A DNA stretch of 64,000 nucleotides from an uncultured Acidobacteriota bacterium (GCA_963732315.1 CAVSYY010000012.1:1399-65398); one strand, 5' to 3'. Counted from the stretch's first letter, positions 9,834 through 20,053 are shown. The notes: generated from the letters alone by a model not told the origin. Numbers and translations are program-made.

Positions 9834-10451
9834 ATGAGGATTCACAACCCCGAAGGCCCGAGGCCACCCGTGCACAGCGCGGAGCCGGAAAACATCTTTC
9901 TATTTCACGGGAAAGGAGGCAGTCCCGGCGGCTCCGTCCTCCAGCTGGAGGAATTGTTGCGCGGCAGGTTTCCGCGAACTCGGTTTGTTCGGCCTGCGCT
10001 TCTGCATGGCGATCCAGAGGTCACCGCAGAGGCTTCCCTTGAAGGTCTCCGTAATCTCGAAATCCCCAACCGATCCGCGGTAATTGGCATCAGCCTTGGC
10101 GGACTGGTGGCGGCTAAACTCCAGGAGAGCGGGCGGGACGATCTGCACGTAACCTGTATCAGTTCGCCGACCTGGGCCGACGGTGTGGCATTGTCGCAAA
10201 GGATGACTCGCCGGCTCGCCGTCTATTCATCGCTGGACGAGGTCATCAAGGGACGAACCGGCAATTGGCCGCAGCTCGCCCGGGCGTATGACCTGCCTTG
10301 GCTGACGCACGACACGGACAAGCACAAGGAAGCTTTGTCGCACATCGTCGCAGCCGATCTCGACAATGACGATGTCGTGGCTGGGATCATCGAGATGGAG
10401 CGTATCTTGAGAGACCGGGGGATGTTCTCCCAGGGGGGCCGACCGTCATGA
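9834..10451 (+). CDS. Alpha/beta-fold serine hydrolase (small esterase-like)
   Basis: IFLFHGKGGSP, nucleophile elbow GISLGG, later Asp and His (SSLDEV, THDT). GGAG-type RBS upstream. Confidence 0.5.
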   Translation: MRIHNPEGPRPPVHSAEPENIFLFHGKGGSPGGSVLQLEELLRGRFPRTRFVRPALLHGDPEVTAEASLEGLRNLEIPNRSAVIGISLGGLVAAKLQESGRDDLHVTCISSPTWADGVALSQRMTRRLAVYSSLDEVIKGRTGNWPQLARAYDLPWLTHDTDKHKEALSHIVAADLDNDDVVAGIIEMERILRDRGMFSQGGRPS

Positions 10452-10708
10452 TCCACTAACCTCAGAGAAGCCTCCGTCGATCATGGATCGGAAATGCACG
10501 TGTGGCGCAGCGAGTGCCCCGTTCCCGGTTTGTGCCGTTTTCATCCCGATCAGACAAACGATCACAAGCCGCAATCCAGCCCGCGGCCAACCCCAATCGT
10601 GACACCACCGTCAGAAGACACGAGGGACGCAACATTTTCCCTCTTAATCGATATCCTGAGTGGCTGGAGCAGCGGATGTTCAACTGATATGCGAGACGAA
10701 GGAACAGT

Positions 10709-11452
10709 ATGGCCGCCAACCAAGTTCCGATTGCCGATTACGTTTCCAGGTTGTTGAGCCGAGCCCAGGTCGCGGAAGGCACGATGGCCTTCCACTTCGA
10801 AAAGCCATCGCACTTTGCATTCACTTCCGGGCAAGCGGCGGACTTTACTTTGTCCGATCCTCCGGAAACGGACTCGGAGGGGAACACGCGCACTTTTTCC
10901 CTCGCTAGTTCTCCGTTCGAAAGCCAGTTGATGTTCACCACCCGCATGCGCGATACAGCGTTTAAGCGCTCACTCAAGCAAATACCTCTGGGTACCGAGG
11001 TGAGGATCGGCCCGGCGACGGGATCTTTCACGCTGCATAAGAACTCGGCCAAGGCGGCCGTGTTCCTGGCCGGTGGCATAGGGATCACTCCTTTTCTCAG
11101 CATCGTGCGGCAAGCCGATCACGATCGTCTTCCACACAAGTTGCACCTCTTCTATTCCAACCGGAGACCCGAGGACACCGCCTTTCTCGAAACTCTCCAG
11201 AGGCTGGAAAACAGCAACCCGAATTTCCATTTGATTTGCACCATGACCGATCTGGGGCAAGCCCAAAAGGATTGGAAAGGGGAAACGGGTTTGATCTGTA
11301 AAGAGATGTTGACGAGACATCTGAGCGCGCTGCAGGGGCCAATCTATTACAGTGCCGGGCCTCCCGCCATGGTTGCCGGCATGAAGGCGATGCTGGTGGG
11401 TGCCGGCGTGGACGAGGACGACATCCGAACTGAGGACTTTGCCGGATATTGA
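10709..11452 (+). CDS. FNR-like FAD/NAD(P)-binding oxidoreductase
   Basis: RTFSLASSP (RxYS-type FAD motif), LAGGIGITPFLSI (NAD(P) motif), YSAGPPAMV C-terminal motif. Confidence 0.8.
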   Translation: MAANQVPIADYVSRLLSRAQVAEGTMAFHFEKPSHFAFTSGQAADFTLSDPPETDSEGNTRTFSLASSPFESQLMFTTRMRDTAFKRSLKQIPLGTEVRIGPATGSFTLHKNSAKAAVFLAGGIGITPFLSIVRQADHDRLPHKLHLFYSNRRPEDTAFLETLQRLENSNPNFHLICTMTDLGQAQKDWKGETGLICKEMLTRHLSALQGPIYYSAGPPAMVAGMKAMLVGAGVDEDDIRTEDFAGY

Positions 11453-11531
11453 TGAGTTTCGATCTATTAAGATCCCATCGCGAAGCGACTTGCCGCGCTT
11501 TTTTTTGCAAGCGTCGGAGCCGCAGACGATC

Positions 11532-12698
11532 TCAGCCCCGCATCGCCCGCAGGCCCCTGTCGAGGTCGGCGATCAAGTCCGTTGTGCTCTCCAGTCCAAT
11601 GTTCAGCCGCACCAGGCGATCGCCGTACTCTGTGCGGCTGCGCACCCGGCTCATGTCGTAGGCCAAAGCCAGGCTGGCTACCCCGCCCCAGCTGTAACCG
11701 ATTTTGAACAGCTCCAGCGCGTCCACGAAGCCCCTTGTCTGCCTGCCGCTGAACTCCGGCTTCAACACCAGCGAGAACAGGCCCGAAGAACCCGTGAAAT
11801 CTCGCTTCCAGTGGTCATGTCCGGGGCAGGACTCCAGCGCCGGGTGCAGCACCGTCTGCACCTCGGGCCGGTTGGCCAGCCAGCGTGCAATCTCCAGCGC
11901 CGACCGTTCCACGTGTTCCAGCCGTACCGCCAGTGTCGTCATTCCGCGCAGCGCCAGGCTACAGTCATCAGGAGAGACCGCCAGCCCTAGCCACGCCCGC
12001 ACGTCGCCGAGCCGGTCCAGCTGGGCCGGGTCGCGCACCGTGACTGAGCCCAGCAGCAGGTCACTGTGACCGCCAAGGTATTTCGTCGCCGCCTGCACCG
12101 AGACGTCCACGCCGTGATCAAAGGCCTGGAACAGCACACCCGCCGACCAGGTATTGTCGAGCGCCACAGGGATAGCATGCTCATGCGCGGCCGCGCAGAT
12201 AGCAGGAACATCCTGCACCTCCATCGTGATCGAGCCCGGGCTCTCGGTCCACACCAGGTGAGTATTGGTGCGGAAGTGGCCGGCGATACCACCGCCAATC
12301 TCTGGCGGATAGAACGAGGATTCGATACCCAAGCGGCTTAGCAACTTTACGGCCAGTACGCGGTTTGGGTCGTAGACGTTCTCCGGGATGAGAACATGGC
12401 TTCCGGCGGATAGAAAAGCCAAGTCCACCAATCCGATCGCCGCCAGTCCGCTCGGAACCAGCAGAGTACGCGTGCCGCCTTCCAACTCCGCAATACGCGC
12501 CGCCAACTCCACGGTAGTGGGTGTGCCGTGCAAACCGTAGGAGTAGCCCACCTCTTCCTGATTCCACCCCGAGCGCGTTGATGAGCTATCCCGAAAAACG
12601 ACGGTGGAGCCGCGATAGACCGGCGGCACCAGCGACTCAAAGTCTTGGGGAACGTTCCCATCGGAATGGATCAGCCGGGTTTTCCAGTCTTTCGTCAT
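11532..12698 (-). CDS. metC: Cystathionine beta-lyase (PLP-dependent)
   Basis: Near-colinear with enterobacterial MetC motifs: ESPGSITMEVQDVPAI, DNTWSAGVLF, SVQAATKYLGGHSD (PLP Lys), HWKRDFTGSSGLFS, YSWGG, RLNIGLE. Confidence 0.9.
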   Translation of the reverse strand: MTKDWKTRLIHSDGNVPQDFESLVPPVYRGSTVVFRDSSSTRSGWNQEEVGYSYGLHGTPTTVELAARIAELEGGTRTLLVPSGLAAIGLVDLAFLSAGSHVLIPENVYDPNRVLAVKLLSRLGIESSFYPPEIGGGIAGHFRTNTHLVWTESPGSITMEVQDVPAICAAAHEHAIPVALDNTWSAGVLFQAFDHGVDVSVQAATKYLGGHSDLLLGSVTVRDPAQLDRLGDVRAWLGLAVSPDDCSLALRGMTTLAVRLEHVERSALEIARWLANRPEVQTVLHPALESCPGHDHWKRDFTGSSGLFSLVLKPEFSGRQTRGFVDALELFKIGYSWGGVASLALAYDMSRVRSRTEYGDRLVRLNIGLESTTDLIADLDRGLRAMRG

Positions 12699-12746
12699 AG
12701 CAGCCGGGTCCCGGAGCGCGCGCGAACGAACGCTCCCGAATGAATT

Positions 12747-13673
12747 CTACTGAGGACCGGGCGCCAGCAGGATGATTTTTCCGATGCCGCCCTTTTCCGC
12801 CAGCGCCTGTGCCTCCGCCGCATCGCGCAGAGCAAACCGGCGGCCGATCGGCAAAACGAACTTGCCGTCGCGCACATCATCGGCGAATTCACGCACCTTG
12901 GATGGATCGGGCTGGGCAAACACCCGCGTGATCTTTACCGCGGGGTACAGCGCCGCCGTGCCTTCCGGTAGTACAGATGCATACCCAAAAGCTCCCCCCG
13001 GCATCACCTTGGCGATCAACTTCACTGCCACTTCACCGCCAACCGTATCGGCAATTGCATCCAGAGAGCTGAGCTTCGCAATCGATTCGTCGTCGTCAAT
13101 TGCCACCACGCCGGAGACACCCAGAGAGCGAGCGCTTTCAATTTGCCGCTTGCGAACTCCCGCAATCACCTGTGCACCTATCTTCTTCGCCGTATGCACC
13201 GCAGCGCGACCCACGCTGCCCACCGCTCCCGTTACCAGTATCGTCTGCCCCTTCTGCAACTTCGCCGCATGGCGCACCAGTTGGTCTCCGGTCAAGCAAA
13301 CCAGCGGAATCGCCGCTGCATCCACCAGGTCCACCCCATCGGGCAGATGCGTCACCTCCGAATCAGGCACTGCCACCAGTTCGGCATAGGTCCCGTTGGA
13401 CAGGGCCAGTACCCGCTCCCCTGGCTTAAAGTGCTTCACATTCGCCCCCACGGCGCGCACGATGCCACTCACATCGCGGCCAAGAATCGCCGGGAACGAC
13501 AACGGGAAATCCTTCTGCCTTGCCCCCGAGCGAACCTTCCAGTCAATCGGATTCACGCTCGTGGCAGCCGCCGCAATCAGCACCGTATCTCCGCTCACCT
13601 GCGGATCGGCAACGTTGTCTTCATACTTCAGCACCTCAGGACCGCCATACTCATGCAGCACAACTGCCTTCAT
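12747..13673 (-). CDS. NAD(P)H:quinone oxidoreductase / zinc-type alcohol dehydrogenase superfamily (MDR)
   Basis: MKAVVLHEYGGPEVLKYED start, then TGAVGSVGRAAVHTAKKIGAQVIA Rossmann motif. The ATG at 13673 is used because the 364-aa ORF extension overlaps the patatin gene. Confidence 0.75.
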   Translation of the reverse strand: MKAVVLHEYGGPEVLKYEDNVADPQVSGDTVLIAAAATSVNPIDWKVRSGARQKDFPLSFPAILGRDVSGIVRAVGANVKHFKPGERVLALSNGTYAELVAVPDSEVTHLPDGVDLVDAAAIPLVCLTGDQLVRHAAKLQKGQTILVTGAVGSVGRAAVHTAKKIGAQVIAGVRKRQIESARSLGVSGVVAIDDDESIAKLSSLDAIADTVGGEVAVKLIAKVMPGGAFGYASVLPEGTAALYPAVKITRVFAQPDPSKVREFADDVRDGKFVLPIGRRFALRDAAEAQALAEKGGIGKIILLAPGPQ

Positions 13674-13803
13674 CGCGTTTCTCCATGCACGAGCGCCCGC
13701 GGCCGGAGCGGCGTCTGTCGCCGCGTACCCGCCGCGAAGCTCACGGCCGCTCACCTCGCGGGCATCGGTTTTCCATTCGATGCGCACCCGCCAGCCTTCC
13801 CCG

Positions 13804-15006
13804 CTATTGGATTGCATTCCAGGCCGCCTTGGCTGCCCCAAAACTACTCTGCCCCAGTTCGCATTTCAGAGTGTCTCCATTCATGCGTATCGGCTGATTC
13901 AGAGCCTGGTCCTTCAGCCATAGCTCGGCGTAATCGGAGATCGCGTCCACCTGTGCCTGTTCCACCGCATCCATTCCCAGGCTCGCCAGGTATTTGAATT
14001 GGATCTCATCCATCGTGCCCGGTGCAGCCCACACCTGCTGCCCGTTAACGGACTTCTTCACCGGGCTGATCAGCGGATTCATGCGCACCACCCGGCTGTC
14101 GGCATCCGGCAAGTTCAATCCAGCTCCGCCGCCCGTAACTACATGCGCCAGGAAGGAAGCGGCATCGGGAGGATCATCCAGGATCGAAGTCGCAAGCTTT
14201 TCGAGATCGTTCTTGATTCCCGGCTTTATGAGCTCACGGACGAATGCAGAAGGCTGCTCTCCCGGCTCCGGTCCGGGCAGGGCGACAGTTGCCGTCCCTA
14301 TACTGAGCACCGCAAGGTTATCCGGCGCCTGACCCAGCACAATCGCCTCCGTTACCGCGGCCAGCACCGGATTGTTGCAACCCGAGATCGCTCCATCCCA
14401 GTACCTCCCATCATCGCCGGGGAAGGTTGCCGGCGCGTCGAAATAGTTGACCGGCGCGTTGGTGGAGGCGTGGATGGCCTGTGCCACCGTGACATTGGCG
14501 CGTGAACCCTCGCCCCACTCCGGGCCGCTCGCCTCCGCCGAGCGGAAAAATACCGCGCGATTGCGGTCATAGTCGAATCCGATTACCAACGCGTGCAGAT
14601 CCGCATCGGCGCCGGCTCGGCGAATGCCCGCCACCGCCGTGGCCAGAGGCTGATCCCCCGTATCGACCAAAACTTTTTGCAGGGCAGGAAGCTTGTCCTT
14701 CGTGTCGTACTTCGGACCAAGCCCCGTCAGGTCGTGCAAAACGTGATCCCCGACTGATTTGGTAGGCGAGAAGATTGCCTTCCGCTGCGCTTCATCGTTG
14801 AAGAAGGCGAGGATCGCGGCCAGCGTGAAATTCTCCAGCAGGCATCCCAGCACAATGCTTCCGCCCGAGTTGGCCGCCACCAGATTGAAATCCCGCAGAA
14901 CCTCCCGGCCCAGCGCATCCGGCCCGTACAGCTCCATCAGTGCCTTCACCTGAATCAACGCCCAACTGCCACCGCCGTCAAGAGACAGAACGCGATATCG
15001 ATCCAT
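13804..15006 (-). CDS. Patatin-like phospholipase
   Basis: Oxyanion motif LSLDGGGSWAL, nucleophile motif ANSGGS, and a later DGA(I)S-type Asp motif (WDGAISGCN). Confidence 0.85.
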   Translation of the reverse strand: MDRYRVLSLDGGGSWALIQVKALMELYGPDALGREVLRDFNLVAANSGGSIVLGCLLENFTLAAILAFFNDEAQRKAIFSPTKSVGDHVLHDLTGLGPKYDTKDKLPALQKVLVDTGDQPLATAVAGIRRAGADADLHALVIGFDYDRNRAVFFRSAEASGPEWGEGSRANVTVAQAIHASTNAPVNYFDAPATFPGDDGRYWDGAISGCNNPVLAAVTEAIVLGQAPDNLAVLSIGTATVALPGPEPGEQPSAFVRELIKPGIKNDLEKLATSILDDPPDAASFLAHVVTGGGAGLNLPDADSRVVRMNPLISPVKKSVNGQQVWAAPGTMDEIQFKYLASLGMDAVEQAQVDAISDYAELWLKDQALNQPIRMNGDTLKCELGQSSFGAAKAAWNAIQ

Positions 15007-15030
15007 AGATGCCGCCTCATAAATCGGTTT

Positions 15031-15100
15031 TGAAAGGGCACGACTTCAGTCGTGCCGCAAGAGAGGCTCGTTTCACGCGGCTTTAGCCGCTGAGGGAATC
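15031..15100. repeat. REP-like intergenic element with two short perfect hairpins
   Basis: GGCACGACT-TC-AGTCGTGCC (15037-15056) and GCGGCT-TT-AGCCGC (15077-15090). From memory it resembles the dispersed intergenic repeats of Acidobacteria genomes. Only one copy was seen in this window. Confidence 0.4.
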
Positions 15101-15306
15101 GCCCTTCGGACGCCCCAAGCCAATTAAGAGACCGCTTCTAGTATCCTTCTCATGAAAGCGAAGTGTTGAATGCCACTGAGCCGGGCGTCGTACGCGCTCA
15201 GCTCCCGCAGGTCCCTGGAATACGAGCAGCAGAGTACGGGGCCAGTCCTGCTCCTGTCAACGGAGCGCGCATGTGCCCGTGGGTGTCCACATCTGAGGTA
15301 GGTTCA

Positions 15307-17343
15307 ATGCGATTTCTCAATTCGATGGTTGTTTTCGCCGCGCTGCTTACATGCGGCACCGCGCTGGCACAGGCAGCGCCTCCCGCGCCGGCCAGCTTTG
15401 ATCAGTCGGCGATGGATTTGAAGGCTGATCCCTGCCAGGATTTCTACCAGTACGCTTGCGGCGGATGGCGGGCATCGCATCCCATTCCCGCCGACAAATC
15501 GCGCTACGGACGATTCGACGAACTGCGCGAATACAACCTCTACCTCCTGCGCTCCATTCTGGAAGACGCCGCCCAGCCGGGTAAGCACACCGCAATTGAG
15601 AAAAAGGTTGGCACCTTCTACTCTGCCTGCATGGATGAAGCAACCATCGATGCCAAAGGCATTCAGCCCATCGAGCCGTGGTTGCACAAGATTGACAAGA
15701 TCAAGGACCGGCGGCAGATTCTGGACGTGATGGCCCATATGCAGGCCAAGGGACTGAGCTCGGCCTTCAACTTCGGTACGGGACCGGATCTGCACAACTC
15801 GACCCTCAACATTGCTCACCTCGACCAGGGCGGACTGACTCTGGCGGATCGCGACTACTACCTGAAGCAGGACGCGAAAATGGTGGAAGTCCGCGGCAAA
15901 TATCTGGAGCACATCCAGAAAATGCTGGCGCTCGCCGGAGAGACGACCCAACAGGCGCAGCAGGACGCCAACGCCATTCTGGCTCTTGAGACCAGCATCG
16001 CCGAAGCTTCCATGGATAAGGTAGCGCGCCGCGATCCGAAAAACCGCGATCACAAGATGACCGTCGCCGACTTGCAAACCCAGGCGCCGGAGATCGATTT
16101 CCCCCGCTACTTCAGGCTAGTGGGCGCCTCCAAGTTCGATTCGCTGAATGTGGCCAACCCGGAGTTTTTTCAGAAGCTCAGCGGACTGCTGGCCTCCGAG
16201 CCGCTCGACCACTGGAAGACCTATTTGCGCTGGAGGATCATCAAAAGCTCGGCCCCGCTATTGTCCAAGCCGTTGGTGGACGAGAACTTTGCGTTCCAGG
16301 GCAAGTATCTCTCCGGACAGAAGGAGTTGGCGGCCCGCTGGAAGCGCTGCACCGCGCTCACCGACAGCAGTCTGGGCGAGGCGCTGGGCCAGCTCTACAT
16401 CGTCCGTGCCTACCCCAAAGAGGCCAAACAGCGCATGGACGTCCTGGTGGCCGCCATCGAAGATGCGATGGGCAACGACATTCAAAGCCTGGATTGGATG
16501 AGCCCGGAGACCAAACAAGCCGCCGAGGCCAAGCTCAAAAAAGTGAGCAACAAGGTCGGCTATCCTGCAAAGTGGAAGGACTACAGCAAAGTCGTCATCA
16601 AGCAAGACGATCTCGTGGGCAACGTGCGCGCCGCCGCCGTCTTTGAAGAAAAGCGCGACCTGGCCAAGCTGGGCAAGCCGGTGGATAAATCCGAGTGGAA
16701 CATGACGCCTCCGACGGTCAATGCCTACTACGACGGAAGCGAGAACAACATCAACTTTCCCGCCGGTATCCTGCAGCCGCCGTTCTTCAGCACCAACGTC
16801 GATGAGGCAGTCAATTACGGCGGTATCGGCGTGGTCATTGGACACGAACTCACGCACGGCTTTGACGACCAGGGCCGCAAGTTCGACAGCGACGGAAACT
16901 TCGCCAACTGGTGGGGACCGAACGACGGAGCCGAGTTCGAGAAGCGGGCCGATTGCATTGCCGACGAGTACTCCAATTTCGTCCCGGTCAAAGACGACAA
17001 GGGCGAGGTTCACCTCAACGGCAAGCTGACGCTGGGCGAAAACACGGCGGACAACGGCGGCCTCAAGCTGGCCTACATGGCCATGAGCCGGCAGGCGGAC
17101 GGCCAACTCGTCCGGAAGGTGGACGGCTTCACCACCGGGCAGCGCTTTTTCATCGGCTTTGCCCAACTGTGGTGCGAAAACGTCACCCCCCAGCGCGCCC
17201 GTGAACTGGCGCTCACCGATCCGCACTCGCCCGGCAGGTTTCGCGTCCTCGGCACGGTACAGAACTCGTCTGGGTTCGCCCAAGCATTCGGCTGCAAAGC
17301 CGGGGACGCCATGGTCTCGCCCAACGCCTGCCATGTCTGGTAA
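15307..17343 (+). CDS. pepO: M13-family zinc metallopeptidase (PepO / endothelin-converting-enzyme-like), secreted
   Basis: Signal peptide MRFLNSMVVFAALLTCGTALAQA from the ATG at 15307 (GAGGTAGG upstream). HEXXH motif VIGHELTHGF. GENTADNGG motif. Confidence 0.9.
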   Translation: MRFLNSMVVFAALLTCGTALAQAAPPAPASFDQSAMDLKADPCQDFYQYACGGWRASHPIPADKSRYGRFDELREYNLYLLRSILEDAAQPGKHTAIEKKVGTFYSACMDEATIDAKGIQPIEPWLHKIDKIKDRRQILDVMAHMQAKGLSSAFNFGTGPDLHNSTLNIAHLDQGGLTLADRDYYLKQDAKMVEVRGKYLEHIQKMLALAGETTQQAQQDANAILALETSIAEASMDKVARRDPKNRDHKMTVADLQTQAPEIDFPRYFRLVGASKFDSLNVANPEFFQKLSGLLASEPLDHWKTYLRWRIIKSSAPLLSKPLVDENFAFQGKYLSGQKELAARWKRCTALTDSSLGEALGQLYIVRAYPKEAKQRMDVLVAAIEDAMGNDIQSLDWMSPETKQAAEAKLKKVSNKVGYPAKWKDYSKVVIKQDDLVGNVRAAAVFEEKRDLAKLGKPVDKSEWNMTPPTVNAYYDGSENNINFPAGILQPPFFSTNVDEAVNYGGIGVVIGHELTHGFDDQGRKFDSDGNFANWWGPNDGAEFEKRADCIADEYSNFVPVKDDKGEVHLNGKLTLGENTADNGGLKLAYMAMSRQADGQLVRKVDGFTTGQRFFIGFAQLWCENVTPQRARELALTDPHSPGRFRVLGTVQNSSGFAQAFGCKAGDAMVSPNACHVW

Positions 17344-17625
17344 AACAGCCGCCGGGCGCACGCGTCCGGGTGCCGCAGGTCCCGCGCCGCGTTTTTTTGC
17401 GGCGCTGACCTGGGAAAGCAGGACACGTCAATCCGGCAACAGCTTTGGCAGTGTCCGCTTTTGCCCGCGTTCCTGGCCGCTACGCTATTCCTGCTTGGCA
17501 AACCCGGCTGCTGCTGGTTCGCCGGGTTGCCGGGAGGTACAATAGACTCTTGGTATCGTCAAACTGAATGCGGCGTTCCGTCCGTCCTTTTCGGCGGCCG
17601 GAATCGCTATGCACCCTGGACCTCA

Positions 17626-19398
17626 ATGAAGAAGTTGGCTTTGTCGCTGATCGTACTCTGTTCCTTGGCCGCGCCTGTCCTTGCCGAGCAAGACTCCGCC
17701 GTTGCTCATCAAGACACCGGCGCGCAGCAGGACACCGTCGTCGAGGAGATCGTCGCGCGCGTCAATAACGCGATCGTTACGCGTGCCGACCTGCGCCACA
17801 ACGAGGAGCAATCCGCGCAGGACAGTAAGCAGCAGAGCCTCACGCAGGAGCAAATCGACCAGCGTCAGGCCAACTCCCTCCGCGATCTCATCGACCAGCA
17901 GTTGCTTCTGCAAAAGGCCGCCGAGCTGGGAATCTCCGCCGACGCCGAGCTGGTCAAGCGCCTCGACGAGCTGCGCAAGCAGATGAAGGCCACCTCCATG
18001 GAGGACCTCCAGAAGATTGCCGAGTCCCAGGGCGTCTCCTGGGAGGACTTCAAGCAGAACACCAAGAACGGCATCCTCACCCAGAAGGTGATCGGCTCCG
18101 AGGTCGGCTCCCGCATCCAGATCACGAAGGACGAGATCCAAAAGTTTTACGACGCCCACCTGTCGGAGATCGCCCAGCCCGAGCGCATCCGGCTCAGCGA
18201 AATTCTGATAGCCAATGACCCCAACGCGCCCAAGGGCGCGACGCTGGAACCCACTCCCGATCAGGTAGCCGCCGCCCAGGCCAAAGCCAGCCAGATCTAT
18301 CAGCAGCTCAAGGACGGCTCCAAATTCGACGAGATTGCCCGCAAGGAATCCAACGGTTCCACCGCCGAACAGGGCGGCGATCTCGGCTACTTCAAGCGCA
18401 ACGATCTCGCCAAACAACTCGAGGATCAGGCCTTCGCCCTCAAAGCCGGCGAGTTCACCCAGCCCATCCGCACCCGCCAGGGCTTCATCATCCTGCACGT
18501 GGACGACCGCATCGAGGCCGGAACGCCGCCGCTCGACCGCATCCGCGACCAGATCCAGGACCAGATCTACACCCTGAAGATCCAGCCCGCCCTGCGCACC
18601 TACCTCACCAAACTGCGCGAAGAGGCTTACATCGATATCAAACCCGGCTACACCGACAGCGGCGCCAGCCCCAACCAGACCAAGCTGATCTATGCCTCTG
18701 ACATCGGTCCCCAGACCAAGCAGGTGCGCGGCAAACTGGGCATGGGAAAGAAGAAGACCATCGTGATCGCCGGCGGGGACAAGAACGCCCCGATCGTCGG
18801 CAGCACCTCGGAACTCGGCTCCGCCAAGGCCGAGGTCGATGCCAAGCAGAAGGCCATCGCCGACCGCAAGTCCGCCGACGCCGCCGAGGCCGCCGCCGCC
18901 GCCGAAAAAGAGAAGATCAGCCACATGTCGCCCAAGGAGCGCTCCAAGTACCTGGCTGCCAAAAAACGCGACGCCAAAAAGGAAGCCAGGCTGCGGCGCC
19001 AGGAAAAGATCAAGCAGAGAGAAGCCGCCGAGAACGAAGCCGAGGCCAAGGCCGACCAGGCCAGAGCCGCCAAACGCGGGAAAAAGTCCGCCAAAGCCGC
19101 GCCCGCCAACACCACCCCGCAGGCCGACGCCGGCGACAAGGATAAGACCGCCAGCGTTCCCGCCAAGACCGAGGTCGCGCCCAAACCCGCCATGACGCCC
19201 CAGGAGGCCGAGGCAGCCAAGGCCGCTGAATTAGTGAAGCTGAACCATATGACCCGCAAGCAGCGCGCCCAGTACCTCGCCCAGAAAAAGCGCAACGAAA
19301 AGCTGGCCAAGGCCGGCAAGCCGATACCCGCCGACACCAGCCAGCAGGCCGACGCCAGCGCACCACCTAAAAAGAAGAAGTCCATCTCCTGGTTCTAG
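17626..19398 (+). CDS. SurA-like periplasmic chaperone / PpiC-type peptidyl-prolyl isomerase with a long Lys/Ala-rich C-terminal tail
   Basis: Signal peptide MKKLALSLIVLCSLAAPVLA at 17626. Parvulin core (SNGSTAEQGGDLGYFKRNDL...FTQPIRTRQGFIILHV). About 220 aa of low-complexity K/A/E tail. Confidence 0.8.
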   Translation: MKKLALSLIVLCSLAAPVLAEQDSAVAHQDTGAQQDTVVEEIVARVNNAIVTRADLRHNEEQSAQDSKQQSLTQEQIDQRQANSLRDLIDQQLLLQKAAELGISADAELVKRLDELRKQMKATSMEDLQKIAESQGVSWEDFKQNTKNGILTQKVIGSEVGSRIQITKDEIQKFYDAHLSEIAQPERIRLSEILIANDPNAPKGATLEPTPDQVAAAQAKASQIYQQLKDGSKFDEIARKESNGSTAEQGGDLGYFKRNDLAKQLEDQAFALKAGEFTQPIRTRQGFIILHVDDRIEAGTPPLDRIRDQIQDQIYTLKIQPALRTYLTKLREEAYIDIKPGYTDSGASPNQTKLIYASDIGPQTKQVRGKLGMGKKKTIVIAGGDKNAPIVGSTSELGSAKAEVDAKQKAIADRKSADAAEAAAAAEKEKISHMSPKERSKYLAAKKRDAKKEARLRRQEKIKQREAAENEAEAKADQARAAKRGKKSAKAAPANTTPQADAGDKDKTASVPAKTEVAPKPAMTPQEAEAAKAAELVKLNHMTRKQRAQYLAQKKRNEKLAKAGKPIPADTSQQADASAPPKKKKSISWF

Positions 19399-19415
19399 GC
19401 TTCTCGACGTATGCA

Positions 19416-19443
19416 GCGCGGGCCTCAAGCCCGCGCTTTTTTT
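19416..19443 (+). terminator. Intrinsic terminator after the PPIase gene
   Basis: GCGCGGGC-CTCAA-GCCCGCGC followed by T7. Confidence 0.6.
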
Positions 19444-19455
19444 CTTGCGCCCACG

Positions 19456-19488
19456 CAAAAAGGGCGGCCCGTTTCGCCGGGCCGCCCT
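19456..19488 (-). terminator. Intrinsic terminator after ppa (minus strand)
   Basis: AGGGCGGCCC-N8-GGGCCGCCCT preceded on the plus strand by A5, which is a T-run on the minus strand. Confidence 0.6.
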
Positions 19489-19507
19489 CGCACCACCCAT
19501 CGCTTCG

Positions 19508-20053
19508 TTATTTCCCAAAGCCTTTGCGACGCTGCTTGCTGTAGGCGGCCAGCGCCGACTCAATCACCGGATACGCATCCTGCGGCGGCTGCACTTCGTC
19601 CACCTCCACCGCTTTGCCTTCCAGCAGCTTGTAGTCCTGGAAGAAGCGGCGCAGCATCATCAGCCGGTGCGGAGGCATCTCCGCCGCCTCCGTATAGCTG
19701 TTGAACTCCGGGTCCTTGCTGGCCACGGCGATAATCTTGTGGTCCTTTTTCCCGCCGTCGATCATGGTCATCAACCCCACCGTCCGCGCCTGGATGATGG
19801 TCAGCGGAACCACCGGCTCCTGGCAAAACACCAGCACGTCCAGCGGGTCGTCGTCCTCCGCCAGCGTCTGCGGAATGAATCCATAGTTGGCCGGATAGTA
19901 CACCGCCGAATACAGAATGCGGTCCAGCTTGATCATCCCGCTGCTCTTGTCCAGCTCATATTTCACGCTCGAACCAAACGGAATTTCAATCACCGCGTTA
20001 AACTCGCCCGGAATATGCTCACCCGGCGTAATGTCGTGCCATGCATGGATCAT
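19508..20053 (-). CDS. ppa: Inorganic pyrophosphatase (family I)
   Basis: [35 protein letters not shown]-type motif (DDDPLDVLV). Confidence 0.95.
   Translation of the reverse strand: MIHAWHDITPGEHIPGEFNAVIEIPFGSSVKYELDKSSGMIKLDRILYSAVYYPANYGFIPQTLAEDDDPLDVLVFCQEPVVPLTIIQARTVGLMTMIDGGKKDHKIIAVASKDPEFNSYTEAAEMPPHRLMMLRRFFQDYKLLEGKAVEVDEVQPPQDAYPVIESALAAYSKQRRKGFGK

Noticed and set aside
11481-11516. Terminator-like hairpin with a T8 run between the convergent FNR-like gene and metC.
   Set aside because: The T-run falls inside the loop rather than after the stem, and the stem is short and bulged. That is not convincing enough to call.
13674-13841. N-terminal 56-aa extension of the quinone oxidoreductase ORF (364 aa), overlapping the 3' end of the patatin gene.
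   Set aside because: The extension has no MDR homology, is Arg/Gly-rich, and overlaps a well supported gene. The canonical MKAVVL... start is at 13673.
13804-15006. Patatin-like phospholipase as an effector of an anti-phage system (CBASS-like or similar).
   Set aside because: No cyclase, nucleotide-sensor, NTPase or other defence partner is adjacent. The neighbours are a quinone oxidoreductase and metC, so it appears to be a stand-alone lipase.
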